Below, in pieces: positions 36,242 through 49,243 of a stretch of DNA of 64,000 nt. Each line of letters begins with the position of its first letter. Positions within the stretch are counted from its first letter, which is position 1. The translations under genes were made by a program, and so were the position numbers. The notes beneath the pieces are model-generated. The model was not told where the DNA came from, made no database searches, and worked only from the letters and a program-made list of their open reading frames with translations. The stretch comes from Elsinoe ampelina (taxonomy: Eukaryota), in contig ML992509.1 of the NCBI GenBank assembly GCA_010093995.1, positions 604,178-668,177 of the forward strand, given 5' to 3'.

Positions 36242-37620
36242 TATTGTCAATGTAGGTCTCTATGATATCTGAAATGGAGAAGAGATGGGGGAGATAGATC
36301 ATATAAACATGTCATCGAAGGGAAAGCCGGTTCACGATCTAGCACACGCAGCCCAGCATAACGTCCGAGCTGTGGTATACGCGGGAGCGATCCCAGCCGT
36401 GACGGCAATGCCTACTTGCCTATTGGTCCCTCTGTGCATAGTTGAGATCGACAAGCATCTTGTGATGAGGAGAGAGGGGTGGATTTTCATTAATCTTGTT
36501 GAACCCTGTCGACAATATGAAACAAATCCATAATTTATGCTGCCAGTCTTCCGCGTATGTGTAAGGCATAAATTTGTGCCGTTGCATAAATTTAACCTCG
36601 TTTGCCACAACCTGATAGACATAGGAGCCACAATCGGTACGCCGACATCGTGAGCTGAACACTGCATAGTCTGGGTCTTATCACGTACTTCGTCATGATT
36701 CCACGCTGCTGTATTTGCTAGGTTCGAGTACGATAACACTCCCCATAGCCACTACCACCGGCGTGATCTCATCATTTGGCAAGCATGGACCGCTGCTCAT
36801 CTATCCGGCATAACGATGCTCCGTTCAAGAGCTTTACTTCTCTGCAGTACAAGACTCCGGCGAGATCGTGCGGTACAGTATTACTGCAGCCTGGACGAAA
36901 TGTATCCCCGAGCCATGAACCACTACCATACATGGCGATCCCACTCATCCATACTCGGACCCATGAATCAATGAACTCGTACATCGATCTGCTGATGGTG
37001 TTGGCTTCTCGTCGGAGGCACGATACAACCAACGACCCTCACAACAGGGATTGCTCGGTCGGCCCAGGATATAACAATCCCGACCAACCCTCCCCCGGCA
37101 CGTATATCGCCTCTTTTATCACCGACGTCCGGCCGGCGTCACTTGATACAGTCCCGAGGCCTATCTTGACAAAGCTGGAACTTGTGCCTTTATGCAAATA
37201 CGAACGGGGCTCGTTTGTCCTGTTGAAGGGTGGCTGGATCCGTCCACGGCCGTCAGTTCACCGGCGGCAGACTCCGAATACTCGTCCACCTAACAGTACC
37301 AGACCAGTCGGACCTACAGGAAGCTTGATCGTGTCATTGGGCACGGTGAGCGCTGGTCTAATCGCTTGTGGGAGGGACAGACTGTGGTAGGTATGCTCAT
37401 TTCTGTTCTATGCTACACGAAGATTCAAAGTCCTTTGACCTTGACTTGCTTGTCTAGCAGCGAGCTCGCTGCGAGTATTGTGCTCTCGATATGTCTACTA
37501 AATTGTACCTCAAAGAATCCTCGCTGAGGCGCACCTCAAGGCAGATTGTCGTGAGGCTGTCCGGACCCTCTTCTCTTCGTCTCGCCCAGACCGGACTCGA
37601 TAAACCTGGCTCCGGTTGTC

Positions 37621-38700
37621 TCAAATATCACCGAATTCCTCGTCGGACTCGTATTCCTCCTCGTAATACTCGCTGAGCTCCTCTTCGCCCTCGTCGTAGT
37701 CGACGTCACCCTCCTGCTCCACATCGCTCTCGTCATCTTCAAACCAGAGCTCACGTGGTCTGTGGCCCTCTTCTCCATAGACGGGCACTTCCACGATACC
37801 CAGGATCTCATCTTTATTTCCAGCACAGTCCCTGACCTCCAATACAGCCTCGATCATGGCCTGGTCCTCCTCACGGACATACAAGGCAGACCTCAGGTAC
37901 TTGACCTCGAGATGATCCACGCCTTTCTTCTTTGCAGAGTCCACAATCTCCCACAACGCCTTGATGTAGCCGCACTCGAATCCATCCAGATCTTGGACGC
38001 CGTAGCACGCAGTCGGGATGTGAATCAGAATCTCGCCAGTGGTCTTCTGCGCCACCTCGTGGATGAAATTCATCGCATCGCCAACATGAGTTTCGGCGTC
38101 CTTCGCCCGCAAGAGAGTATCGATGGTAGAATAATCTATTTTGGGATCGAGGAGGCTAATCACGATCGTCTTGGCCTCCTTGAGCACAGTTTTGTTGCCC
38201 ACACGCACCAGGGAAATGTCGGGAACGAAGATCCTATCCAGCGACTTTGGTGGGTGTGCCAAGAGGAAAACGCTGCGTAGGTGAGTGCAGACTTGCGCGA
38301 GCGGGTGTCCTCCAGGAAGAAACTTGGCCGGATCATCTTCCAGGATGGGAGTGTCTGCAGTGATGAGGCCGGAGTTCAGAGCGAAGACAATAGCGAACTT
38401 GGTGTAGGCGGAATCGTCACCGGTGAAGACGCTGATGTTGTCGTCGTCGAAATAATCGCCGACGGTGAAGACCGTAACGTTGCCGTCGTCGTCCTCCCTT
38501 TCATCGACCTTGTCGTTGTTGCTTGGGATCTCGACCTTGACTGGCCCGACGTACTTTGCAATATCGACTAGGAGCTCATTCGGAAGCCTGAGGAGTGGGA
38601 AGTATCGCTTCTTCGCAAGGCCCGATGACTTGGCTGGCGCGATGTCGCGTGACTTCTTGGCCGGCGCAGTCTTGCGCGTCTTCTTGCGAGGTGGCGCCAT
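37621..38700 (-). CDS. F-box-like hypothetical protein with basic N-terminus and acidic tail
   Basis: FPLLRLPNELLVDIAKYV is an F-box-like motif. HPLAQVCTHLRSVFL. Glu/Asp-rich end. Confidence 0.75.
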   Translation of the reverse strand: MAPPRKKTRKTAPAKKSRDIAPAKSSGLAKKRYFPLLRLPNELLVDIAKYVGPVKVEIPSNNDKVDEREDDDGNVTVFTVGDYFDDDNISVFTGDDSAYTKFAIVFALNSGLITADTPILEDDPAKFLPGGHPLAQVCTHLRSVFLLAHPPKSLDRIFVPDISLVRVGNKTVLKEAKTIVISLLDPKIDYSTIDTLLRAKDAETHVGDAMNFIHEVAQKTTGEILIHIPTACYGVQDLDGFECGYIKALWEIVDSAKKKGVDHLEVKYLRSALYVREEDQAMIEAVLEVRDCAGNKDEILGIVEVPVYGEEGHRPRELWFEDDESDVEQEGDVDYDEGEEELSEYYEEEYESDEEFGDI

Positions 38701-39934
38701 GATGATCTGCGGTTGTCAGCAAGTCTATCCTGCGATCTTATCACTCTGCCACTCACGGTGCCGGGTCTTGATGGATGAGGATTGGATAAAGGACGGGGGC
38801 GGACGACTGTACGACGATTAGCCGATGCTCTTGATATGGTCTTCTTGCAGCGACTCACGGTGGCTGTTCTTGGTTGGCTAGCTGCTACAGGGCTTATCCT
38901 CGAGTCCTCAAGGCCGGAAAAGGTTGATGAGGTACGCAAGATCCTACGTGAACGTGGAGGTGGAGGTGTGAAAGTAGAAGAGAGGAGGAGAGAGGGAGAG
39001 GAGGGTGGCTGTCGCTTTTTATGTGAAAGCGGCACGATCCATCAACTTCCCGTCGTCGGTACAAGCTGGATCTCGATCGAGGCACATGTCAAGCATGAGT
39101 ACCGCTCGCCGAGGGGTCCGGACGAGAAACTGTAGCCTCGTGAAACGACATGTATCGCTTGGGTCAGTCGTACCAGTTTACATAGGCCATTTTGTCGGTC
39201 CCGTATGGGCTACCAAGGTCATGCTGGGACAACAAAGCTGCGTGCACTATACCATCCATATCATCAATTATTCTCTACGATGAGAGGTAAACCCTTAATC
39301 TCTTAATCAATGGTACTACTGGACCAGCTCGGCGACCAACGAGAGCCTTGCAAGAATTCGAGATCACCTGTGGCACGATCTCACCAATTGGTCCTAGCGA
39401 CCCTAATCTGCAGAGGCAAGGTGCCAGCGAAACGGACATGCATCTTCATGGACGCTCTGAAGTCACGGGCGATAGCTTGACTCGGTTCATGGTTCAGGTG
39501 AAGCGTTTCGTGGTGTTGGTCAAGAGGTCAGAACATGCGTGACGCCTGCGTACGTCCTTGTTTCCGCAGCAGATCTGGTAGTAGTTCATTTCAGACACGG
39601 CTTCATTATGAGACAAATTGTATTTTGATTTGGTCTCTGCTGAGCTTTTTGATCATGGTACACAAATAGGAACTAGTCATACTCTTTGTCTAGTTAATCC
39701 CTTGTCCATGCGTGCCATTGTTTCCCTCCTGGCTCCCAACACATTTCACGGATTGTGAAATAGACTGCACAATGAGTATTACTCATGCTTTGGTATGCTT
39801 CGATGGTCTCGTGGCTTCATGTTGGGTTGGTCACGTGGCTCTGATCTGCGTTAGTCGTTTTATTGTGTATCGTGCATCACATAAGGCCATACCTCAATGT
39901 GAGTGTGGATGTTCGCTGTGTAAGTCACGGCCCA

Positions 39935-40903
39935 TCACTCGTCCTCCTCACTCTCCTCATCATCCTTGTCAAAAGTCTCGTCGTCGCCGTCATCAAAGTC
40001 GGATACAAAACCGTCATCAATCTTGAGTAAGATCTCTTCGTGCAACTTCTGATCATCGGAGATTGCGTCAATTTCCACCCTTCCCTCGACAATGTCACCT
40101 GATTTGTTAATGTAGGGTTTGCGCTCGATGTGATTGATGGAGAGATTGTGGAACCCGAGTTTCTTGTAGCGAGGGAAGTCAGAGACGACCTTCTCCAGAT
40201 AAGCCAGCGGGTCGCCGGAGCCGCCTGCAGAGTCGTAGAACTCACTCTGGTCAACGTTGACACGGTAAATTAGGTTGGCGTTCTCCTTGATTTCATCGCC
40301 GGTCACCGTGAAATCATACGTGTGATCCTCGAGCTGGTCAGCATCGTAAACCAGACGTCTGATGTATGGGATCATGGGAGAGTCGTAGAAGGGGTCCTCA
40401 TCCATATCACCTTCCGCGTCATCTGTCTCGACGTCCTGTGCGGCCTCGTATCCGACGCGAAGGAGAGGCGTGAGCAGAATGGTCTTGAGCTGTCTCTTGA
40501 TGTGCTTAGGAAGTGGTAGGTCGACGTTCAACGGCATTGGAAAGTAGATAGTGTCCCACTCCACCTTGTGAATGCTGAGGTAGACACTGCGGAGCTGCTT
40601 GCATGCCTGAGCGATCGGCTGTACCTCTGGAACAACCTCTTTGGCGCTGCGGAAGATCACAGCTGTGTTCTTGTCGATCAAGCCGCTTTTGATGGCGAGA
40701 TGAGCATAATCTGCCGCTCGGACGTCGATCTTTTCGTATACACAGTACTTGGCGATCTCCGCAAGGACCTCGATTGGCATGTCAAGCAAGCCAACGTTGG
40801 ACTTGTGACTATCGATGCCATCGCGGGCGACGACGCTGTGGGGCTTGACTTTGCGACGGGATCCTGCACCCTTAGAGGGAGGAGCACGTGAATTGCGCGC
40901 CAT
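39935..40903 (-). CDS. F-box-like hypothetical protein, paralogue of 37621-38700
   Basis: GLLDMPIEVLAEIAKYC and QPIAQACKQLRSVYL, with a basic N-terminus and acidic tail. Confidence 0.75.
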   Translation of the reverse strand: MARNSRAPPSKGAGSRRKVKPHSVVARDGIDSHKSNVGLLDMPIEVLAEIAKYCVYEKIDVRAADYAHLAIKSGLIDKNTAVIFRSAKEVVPEVQPIAQACKQLRSVYLSIHKVEWDTIYFPMPLNVDLPLPKHIKRQLKTILLTPLLRVGYEAAQDVETDDAEGDMDEDPFYDSPMIPYIRRLVYDADQLEDHTYDFTVTGDEIKENANLIYRVNVDQSEFYDSAGGSGDPLAYLEKVVSDFPRYKKLGFHNLSINHIERKPYINKSGDIVEGRVEIDAISDDQKLHEEILLKIDDGFVSDFDDGDDETFDKDDEESEEDE

Positions 40904-41238
40904 GAGCAGAGTGCTAGCTCCCTCATTAGCCTAAGCCCAGTGTAATGCTTCAGACAGCCTACCTAAACGATTGCGGCGACCACCGATTAGTTGACAGGTC
41001 GTGGAGAACAAAGAGGGTTAGAGGAGCTTTGTGAAAGGTGGAAGAGGAAAGTGAAGATGTGGAAGAGGACGTGTTGAGAATCACGACGCGTTACCTCTGA
41101 CGACACCAGCACGTGAAGAAGCATGTGCTTGCACAGGTCTATTCTCCCAGACACGTATCAGCTGGAGACTTGTCTGTATACATGAGACTCTTTCAAGGTT
41201 GCAGCTCTATACCGGAATTCCCTGTCTTTGTCAAGACT

Positions 41239-42197
41239 TCATTGTCTTCTGGACTCAAAGCCGGCATCCAGCACGGCGATCAGCTCATCCAGCCTACTAG
41301 GTCAGTCGTCAGATCTCTAGCATGGCGCTGCGACGTACCTGTCAATGACTAGATCAGTCCTCTCATCCGTCTCGAGTTCCTCCTTCCCAGGGCTGCGGAG
41401 TAGTACAGTCGCGGCACCGGCATCGTGGCCCGCGATTATATCATCAATACTGTCGCCAACCATGATCAATGGTATCTCAGCTGGTAGGCTACCATCCGTG
41501 GCTGGTTGTGCATTCTCCGCAGCTATCTTCCAGGCCTTGGCAATGTGCAATATACCTGCTGGCGAAGGCTTCGGTGGGCGGAATCCACGAGTTATGATGG
41601 GCGAGAACGGATTGATGTGACCAGGTATATGATTAGCCAGTAAGTGATTTACTGGTGTACTGCAATCTCGTTAGCCATGGTCTGGTAGTATTCGGTGCCA
41701 TACTTGCTCGAAATTTCTGGTGCAGATGCCCTTCTTAATGTCCTTGCGGTCGAGGTATTCCATGAGCGAGACAAGGCCAGCTTGAGGAATCTGCTTCTCC
41801 ATGGCCTGGCGCTCGATGGCTTCTATCTTCTCATGAGCCGCCGGTTGCTCTGAATCTGGTAGTCCATGTATGTGATCGAGGATGTCGACTGACTTTGGTA
41901 TGCCCAATGCCGATCGCATCTCACCGAACATGTAGTTCTGTGGCTCGCCTTGTCAGTGAGTGTTAGTGTGATACCCGAGTGTCTCAGAGGACGATAAATT
42001 GGAGGTATATAAAGATGCTGGTTGGAACAACGAGAACGGGACAGGTACATACAGAGTGTCCCATCCATGTCAAACACTATCCCCTGCAGTCGAGGAAGAT
42101 CGCTCTGGCCGGATCCGTCGAATGCCGCAAATTTTCTGTTTCTCTTCACAGCCATCTTGAATGAGAGTCTGTTCCTCAACACCGTTGACGGCTTCAT
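41239..42197 (-). CDS. HAD-superfamily hydrolase
   Basis: GIVFDMDGTL (DxD motif), GICTRN, KPSPAG, MVGDSIDDI.AG..AG. Multi-exon. Start at 42197 or 42155. Confidence 0.88.
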
Positions 42198-42924
42198 AAA
42201 TGTTTTAATGGAAGTGTTTGTAAGTTGGAGCGTAGGTCTCAGTGGCGGAAGTCACGACTGTGGGGCTAGCAATTCGCCCCTCAAGATGTCGAAAGTGTTG
42301 ATACGAAATGATCAAAATCGTCACAAGCATATCAGGCACGACCAGATTACCACTGGTGCTTCAACAGGGTCAAATATTTACAATTGACAGATTACTAAAG
42401 GGCTGCTGAATTGTCGTGGGTTTTCCACAAGGGTTTGTTCGTTGGCCATCACGTTACCGGCCTACCAAACCAGTCCGTACGAAGTGACAATTTGTTCTGA
42501 GCGACGACATGCGAACTAGAATCTGCCCCAGGAGCATTGGACTGCGCTGAGGCTGGATGTTCTCCGTGTCAGCACCGATGATCTACTGGGATGTCCAGCA
42601 CCATCCCTCAAGAAGTTGGATGTCAGAGCCACATAGGGAAGGAGAACTACATTCCAAGCTCGCGGAATGTCTCTTGAATACGAGTTGTTGACACCCAAGC
42701 CACGTCCAAACCCTCGGTCCCACGTGTTGCCCGGCAAAAGGAGAGGTCATGTCAAGAAGGTATGAATTCGTATAAGTTTTGATTAGAAGCTGCCTCTGAG
42801 ATGCGTCGAACATATATCCGATCGGATCAACATCAAGGAGCGCTTTGTGGTATCTGAAGGAGTGCTGCATGCAAAGATGGTAATGATACAGTTGGTACAG
42901 TGACTGAAGGTATTTGCATCATCG

Positions 42925-43576
42925 TCACCGCTCGTCTTCCGGCTCTGGGTTCAAAAGACCTATTCGCATCCGATGTAGCTGTGGTATAGTTAGCATGGTA
43001 TTGCTGTAATTCCTCATGCATGCTCTTACTGCTGGCAATTTCGGTACCACTACTGTCAAGGTCGCCAAGAAGTTAATGAGGAAATAGACCGAGTCGAAGC
43101 GTGTGTAATGTGTGCTGACCAGGAACAGTAATATCGGAACACTCAGAAGGAATTTCTTCGCTGGGGTATATTGGTCTCCGCTGTCGATCTGCTCCCACAT
43201 GTTGAGATTGTCATATGCACCTGCATTGAACTCGAACGGCACCCCTCGTACCCAGTGGAACATTAGAAACGAGCCGGCCATGTAGATTATGTTGGTGAAA
43301 GTCCAGGACATTTCTTGGGAGATATTGGGTACGATATCGAAGAGGATCTTGAGGAGAGCAATGAGGACGAAGTGAATGACCCAGGCGCCTAGTGTTGTGT
43401 CAGTCTCCCAACCTCTTGATCCCTAACAATCATGCCGTACCTTTTGCATTCACCCATTGCGAGTTGAGGTTTGGGTTCACAGCTTGATCACTGATATGCT
43501 CTAGTGATTCCGGCGGCTCCGAGTACATCAGACTGCTAGATCTTCTCCTCCTCTTGGGCACATTGCTAGAGCTCAT
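42925..43576 (-). CDS. ORM1: ORMDL family sphingolipid regulator Orm1
   Basis: DQAVNPNLNSQWVNAKG|AWVIH, FHWVRGVPFEFNAGAYDNLNMWEQID, YTPAKKFL, PKLP..HRMRI. Confidence 0.93.
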
Positions 43577-44171
43577 GACCTTCCCAGACGAGTGTCGTCG
43601 TAAGTGATTTGGGCGTAAGACTTCCCCGGCGACAGTCCCGGTCCGTTGTACGAGTAGAGAAGACAGTTTGGCGGTGTTTGAAGAGACTTCGGAAATTGTG
43701 GAATGCGTGTGACGAAGCAGTCGAGCTACTCCGAAGTCGTCAAGGCCGAGTATTTCGGGTGGTCTGATGGATCTCAAGAGGTGTTCTGACGAGGCTGCCT
43801 TGGGACTGTCGGAGAGGTCGAGACGGACACCTCGAGGTCCAGAGGTGAGTGAAGGACACAAATAGTGATGCAAACGGTTGTCTTAACGGGGTGGAGACTG
43901 ACAACGACTCTTGGTCAAGGCACTGCCAAAGGCAGTCGTGGTTCAAAGCTGCGACTCCACACTGGACCCTTTCGATGCCTGCATAAAAAATCGTCTTGGC
44001 AAAATCCGGTTGATCTATGCTTGTGATACAGTACGAAAGTATCTAAACAAAGAAGATCATTGACACAGGAACGTTTACTACCAGAATCCTTTCAAATTAT
44101 ACTATAGTACATTTGCCATGCATGCTTAAGCTGCGTTTGGTATATCACGCAAAGCTCTGGGTGATCCATTT

Positions 44172-44902
44172 TCAACCTCTCCTTGCTGCGGCGCCTGGAG
44201 TCCAGCTCTGAGGCTGCCAGCCCTCGCCGGGGGCACCTTGTTGAGGTTGATTGAAAGGGTTTGGCTTCCGATCCTTTGCTTTACCCTTGAATCTGCCTTC
44301 ATCCTTGGGCTGTCCTTTCACCGATGCCTCTACCTCGGCCTGACCACCTACAGCACTACGGACCCCTTCATTCTCTGTGGGTTCCGTTTGCTGGACATAA
44401 CCACCCGGATCCTTGACCCCAATGGCAGGTTGCGGTTGTTGTTTGGTAGGCGAATCCAGAAAGGATGGCTTGCTGGCCCATCTCGCATCTGCCTCGGCTG
44501 CTAGCTGCTTTACTCTGTCCTGGCGTAGCACGTCATATTGCTGTTCCTGAATCGTCGGCGCATCTGCGCGAGTGTGCCTTAACCACTGATGCCATTGCGC
44601 TGGGGTACGTTAGCAGGAGCTTGTATGGGCCTGCTAAAAGATGACTTACTTGAGACCTTCACATCAGCGTAATGAGTGTTACGGCTATATTTGACAATCC
44701 TTCGCAGGCGCTGCGCGTTCAATGCATCTTTGAATTCCCAAAACGTATTTCCAGCAAGGTCATATCCTACGTGTCATGAGAAATAGAAGATGAAGATTGA
44801 AGCGTTCCGCCACATACCGACGAGAGTCTGACGCCGCCATGGCAGCTTCAGGGCTTTCCATCTGAACCATAAGCGTGATAGCGTACTGGGTCCCGAGGAC
44901 AT
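44172..44902 (-). CDS. NDUFA12/mimitin-family complex I assembly factor
   Basis: WKALKLPWRRQTLV|GYDLAGNTFWEF...RRIVKY...PQWHQWLRHTR..PTIQEQ. Two introns. Confidence 0.85.
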
Positions 44903-45258
44903 TGTTATGAAAGAAAGTCCATTCTTTGGAGTGGAGATGTGTTGATCAAAATGATGATCTGCTCAACGGTCCAAAGAACTGCAAGGAAAATAACCTTGTA
45001 TGCTGTGACGTCTTTCAGCCAAGACCATTGTTGATTCCATGATCTTGACCTCTAATTTACCACATCTCCTACCATCGATACATTTCATTTCACGTCTCAC
45101 AGATATCCGACTTTCTACCTTGGGATAGTGCTAATCCGTCACAAATCACCACACCCAAATCACGAGCGCGTCCATTCGACACTATCGACTTACCCCTCCA
45201 TTTATCCACATCGAGCCGAAACAGCAGCGCGGTGTCGCCGGCCTTGCTGCACGTCAAC

Positions 45259-47277
45259 ATGGCGTCTGTGTCGTCTCTGGACTCAGACATGCGCAGTCTG
45301 CGCTTGTCTAAATACACACCGGCCGCCGCAAACCAAGTAAGATTGTGGATTGAAGAAACACTGGGAGAAAAGCTGCCGCCTGGCGATCTGTTAGATTCAC
45401 TCAAGGACGGTGTTGCGCTCTGCAGGTATGTAGTTCGCGCTTCGTCGGATGTGGGAAATCGCTGATAGATGGGAAACAGGCTCGCGAACCTCGCTCTGGG
45501 GCCTCCGGGTATCAAGTTCAAGCAATCGCACATGCCCTTTGTGCAGATGGAGAACATCTCACACTTCCTACGCGCGTGCGAGATGGCCCCGCTCAACATG
45601 CCATCTCACGACCGATTCCTGACTGTTGACCTCTATGAGAATAAGGATCCAGCGCAAGTACTGCAGTGTTTAAGCGCCTTCAGCCGAGTCGCCAATGGCC
45701 TTAACCCTTCGAGATTCCCTACATCGATAGGTGGTAAGCGAAGTGGAGCGCTCAGTCCTGTCAGCACTGGCGCTCCAAGCAGGAATGGGGCAAGCTCGAT
45801 CCGCGCAGCTCAATCCATGAACTCGATGAAGCCTTCGGCAGCCATGCCCTCCATGAGACCGATCAGTCCTACCAAGACAGGTGGTTCTGCGACATCCAGC
45901 AATGCTGAGAGTATGCGATCGCCAGGCCCGATTAGTAGCTGGAGCAAAAAGGGCCACGAGGGCAATACCGCGCCTGCATGGAACATTCATCAATATGGCT
46001 ATATGGGAGGCGCAAGTCAGGGCAATCAAGGGATCTCGTTTGGTGGGAGGAGACAAATCACAAGCGCGTCGCCAGCTGTGCCGAGTCTTGCCGAAAAGGA
46101 ACGGAAGCGGAAAGAGAAGGAGGCGGAAGAGCAGAGATTGAGGCAGGAAGCGGAGGAGGCGGAAAGGAGACGGCAGGTCGAAAGAGAGGCAGAAGAAGAA
46201 CGAGAGAGGATTGAGGAGGAGCAGAGATGGCAGAAGGAGACCAAGAGATTACGGGAAGAGGAGCGAAGGCGACTTGAGGAGCAGAAGCGGCAATGGGATG
46301 AACAGGAAAGACGTTGGAAGATAGAGGAGGAAGCGCGACAGAAAGAGGAGGCCGAGCTGAACAAGGCTAGACCCATGAGTCTGGTTGACGGCAGGCTGAA
46401 TGGACAATTCTTGAGTCAATATCAGGCCGATACGGCAGGATCACCGAATCAGGAAGAGGACACTCCGGAAGCTCGACGGGTGAAGGAACTCGAGAAGCAA
46501 CTCGAGGAGGCAAGGGAACGAGAGCGACAATATCAGTTGGAACGCGAGCAGCGATCAAGACAAGAGAAGACGCAGCCATCTTTACCTTCAAGACGAATCG
46601 ACAGCCTGGAGCGGCCATCCTCAGCAAAAGAGAGCGAAGCGTCCTGGGCTCCAGATGAAAGAGAGGTTCTCCGACAAGCAGCTCCTCAGCGGTCAGGGTT
46701 TGGGTTTGGGTCAACAAGACCCCTTCCTACCCCTGCTCGTCCGGTCAAGGAGCCGACGCCAGAACCTACACCAGAGCCAGTGCAAGAGGCGACTCCAGAG
46801 CCGGAAGAGATGTCGCCGCGACCACTACCTACTCCAGGCGACTACCAACCGAAACCACAAGCACCAAATCGTACGGATCAGTTCCTTGCCAAGAACAAGC
46901 CACCTCTCTTCCAACGGCCCGCTAGTCATCAACCGGCGGAGATGAGCTCGACTCTCGAAGAACAGGCAGACCGTGATCGGCGAGTCGCGTCGCAGCAGAA
47001 AACTAAAGCTGGCGGATGGGCGTCAAAGTCGCTTCTGGAGCGAGAAATGGAGCGCGAACGAGAAAGGCAGAAGGAGTGGGAGGCAAACCAGGAGGCTACG
47101 AAGAGCGCCGCGAGAGATACAAATCAAGGCAGTGGGCCAAATCAATCGTGGAGCTCTGCGCAATACGGCTACATGGGAGGCGACAATCAAAACAAGGGAT
47201 CGAGCACAGGCAGTGGTATAGCCATGGGAGGTCGGAGGCAGATTATCGGTCCCCGACCACAACCAGGCGCTCGCTGA
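45259..47277 (+). CDS. Calponin-homology-domain protein (Scp1/transgelin-like, long form)
   Basis: CH domain WIEETLGEKLP.GDLLDSLKDGVALC|RLAN...FVQMENISHFL...TVDLYE.KD, a central coiled coil and two QYGYMGG...GGRRQI repeats. Intron ~45426-45479. Confidence 0.9.
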
Positions 47278-47760
47278 AGGTAACGAGCAAAATTCTGACC
47301 AGACGGTCCTTCATCACTTCTAGTCCAAAGTTATATACCCCGATTTCTTCGCTTCACATTCTTCACGTGTCGAACCAGCTCGTGAACATTTAGAGTTCCG
47401 CCATTGGCTGGAAAAATGCGGAGGTGATCCAGAAGCGTGGTCGAAAATGACGTCGCGTGACCCTCGGTAGAAAGCCCACTCGGATATCAACTGAACATGT
47501 GAAGTCAACCTGAGGCCTGATCATCCAACACTTAATCACCGTCACTCTGAATCATCTGCCTCCCAGGACATGTGCTCGTTGGATCTGTGATACTAGGATA
47601 TTTATGGACGCCTATCTGTTCCACTCTCCGATACACCGCTTTCACCGCTCCACAGCTTTTCGATAACCCGACCAGACCCGCGCAACTGCGCTCTTGCCAC
47701 AAGCGTACAACAAACTCCCTTCGAAGCGCTCCACGCGCCTTACAAATCTTGGCCAACAAC

Positions 47761-49243
47761 ATGCACGATCTACGGCGTCAAGCACTCGAGAGTGGGAAGA
47801 CAGTCTCCAAGAAGGCAAAATCTCGACAGGTTTCGGGCAGCAACTCAAGAACAAACTCAAAAAATGCTTCTCCGGAGGGCTCAAAGGCCACCTCAAGAGT
47901 TGTCAGTCGGAACGCATCAGACGACGAGGACAACTTTAGCGACGAGACCAGCTTCAGCACACACTCGATCGACGAGATGATTACTTCACCCGAGGATACC
48001 GAGGCTTTCAAGGATTCATGGAAGGGTCACCTGAACCAGCAGATTGAAAATATTGTTGACAGGAAGAGATCGAGTGTCGAAGGACGCGAGATATCCCTAG
48101 GCATCTTCAACCGGATACTCATGCTACGGTTTGCCCAGGAGGAGATCTCGAACAAACTAGGAGAGCTTGTACCTGCGCTCCTCAAGAGTGCTACATCAGG
48201 TGCTTCAGACACAGAGTCTATACTGGCGCTGAAAGGTAAGGAAATCAGAGATGATGACTTACCACAGGGCGCTGACATGGCATTTAGCAATTGCTCTGAC
48301 TCTCATAACCGAGCCCTCCGAAGACCTCTACGACATGCTCGCAGGCCCCGTGAAGAGCGTCGTCCAAGACTCACAAAGTCCACAAGCCAAGGTTGCAGCG
48401 ATCCATGCACAGGGAGTCGCAGCATTCTACGGAGGAGCCAGCCCGGAAGAGATCGAAGACATTATGGCGTTCCTGTTTGAGATCATCGAGTCAGATGGTG
48501 CATCTGTCGAAGCTGAGGATGAAGCAGACGTTGTTGCAGCTGCTTTGGAAGAGTGGGGGTTTCTGGCGACACAGCTCGAGGATATGGAGGACATTTCTCC
48601 CGAGTCAATTGAAGGGTTCCTCGAGCAGCTCGATTCCTCTGATGCGGCTGTCCAAATCGCGTCCGGAGAGAACATCGCCCTACTGTACGAGAAGAGCTTC
48701 ACCGAACTCGAGGAGGACGAAGATCCGTCGGAGGCCTACGTCGATTCAGACGACTCGGACGCCCAGAAGGATACTCCGAAGATGGTAAGGCGATATAATG
48801 TCTCCCGACAAGAACACCTCCTCTTCCAGAAGCTCAAGGATCTCGCGAATCTGTCATCGAAGCGCATATCCAAGAGAGACCGCAGATCACTTCACAACAA
48901 CTTTGCAGACATCTTGAACTCGGTGGAGCATCCTACACGAGGGCCAAAATACAGAACAGCTTTGGACGATGATGGACATGCCTACGGCTCCCAAATGACA
49001 GTCAAGGTTGGTGGGTCTGGTGTGCTTCGGATACGAACTTGGGAGCAGCTACACCGTTTGAAAGCGCTGAGACGCATACTCCAAGGAGGCTTCCTAACGC
49101 ATTACACCGAGAACCAAGTCGTCTTTGAAACGATCCCGATCATACTAGATCAAGTTGAGCAGGGTCGGACGCCCAAGAAGTCAAAGCCTCGAAGAGCTCG
49201 GAGCAGCGACAGGATGGGCTACGAAAATGGCCTCTCGGATTAG
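47761..49243 (+). CDS. Interferon-related developmental regulator (IFRD) family protein
   Basis: MHDLRRQALESGKTVSKKA, DRKRSSVEGRE, AALEEWGFLAT, VQIASGENIALLYE, LQGGFLTHY. Intron ~48236-48287. Confidence 0.85.

Noticed and set aside
36776..37390. 204-aa plus-strand ORF upstream of the P450
   Set aside because: Non-ATG start in the track, no motif or codon bias; probably intergenic.
30500..41100. Starship or other large transposon, or a secondary-metabolite cluster
   Set aside because: No captain tyrosine recombinase, transposase, terminal repeats or PKS/NRPS/terpene synthase visible in the window.
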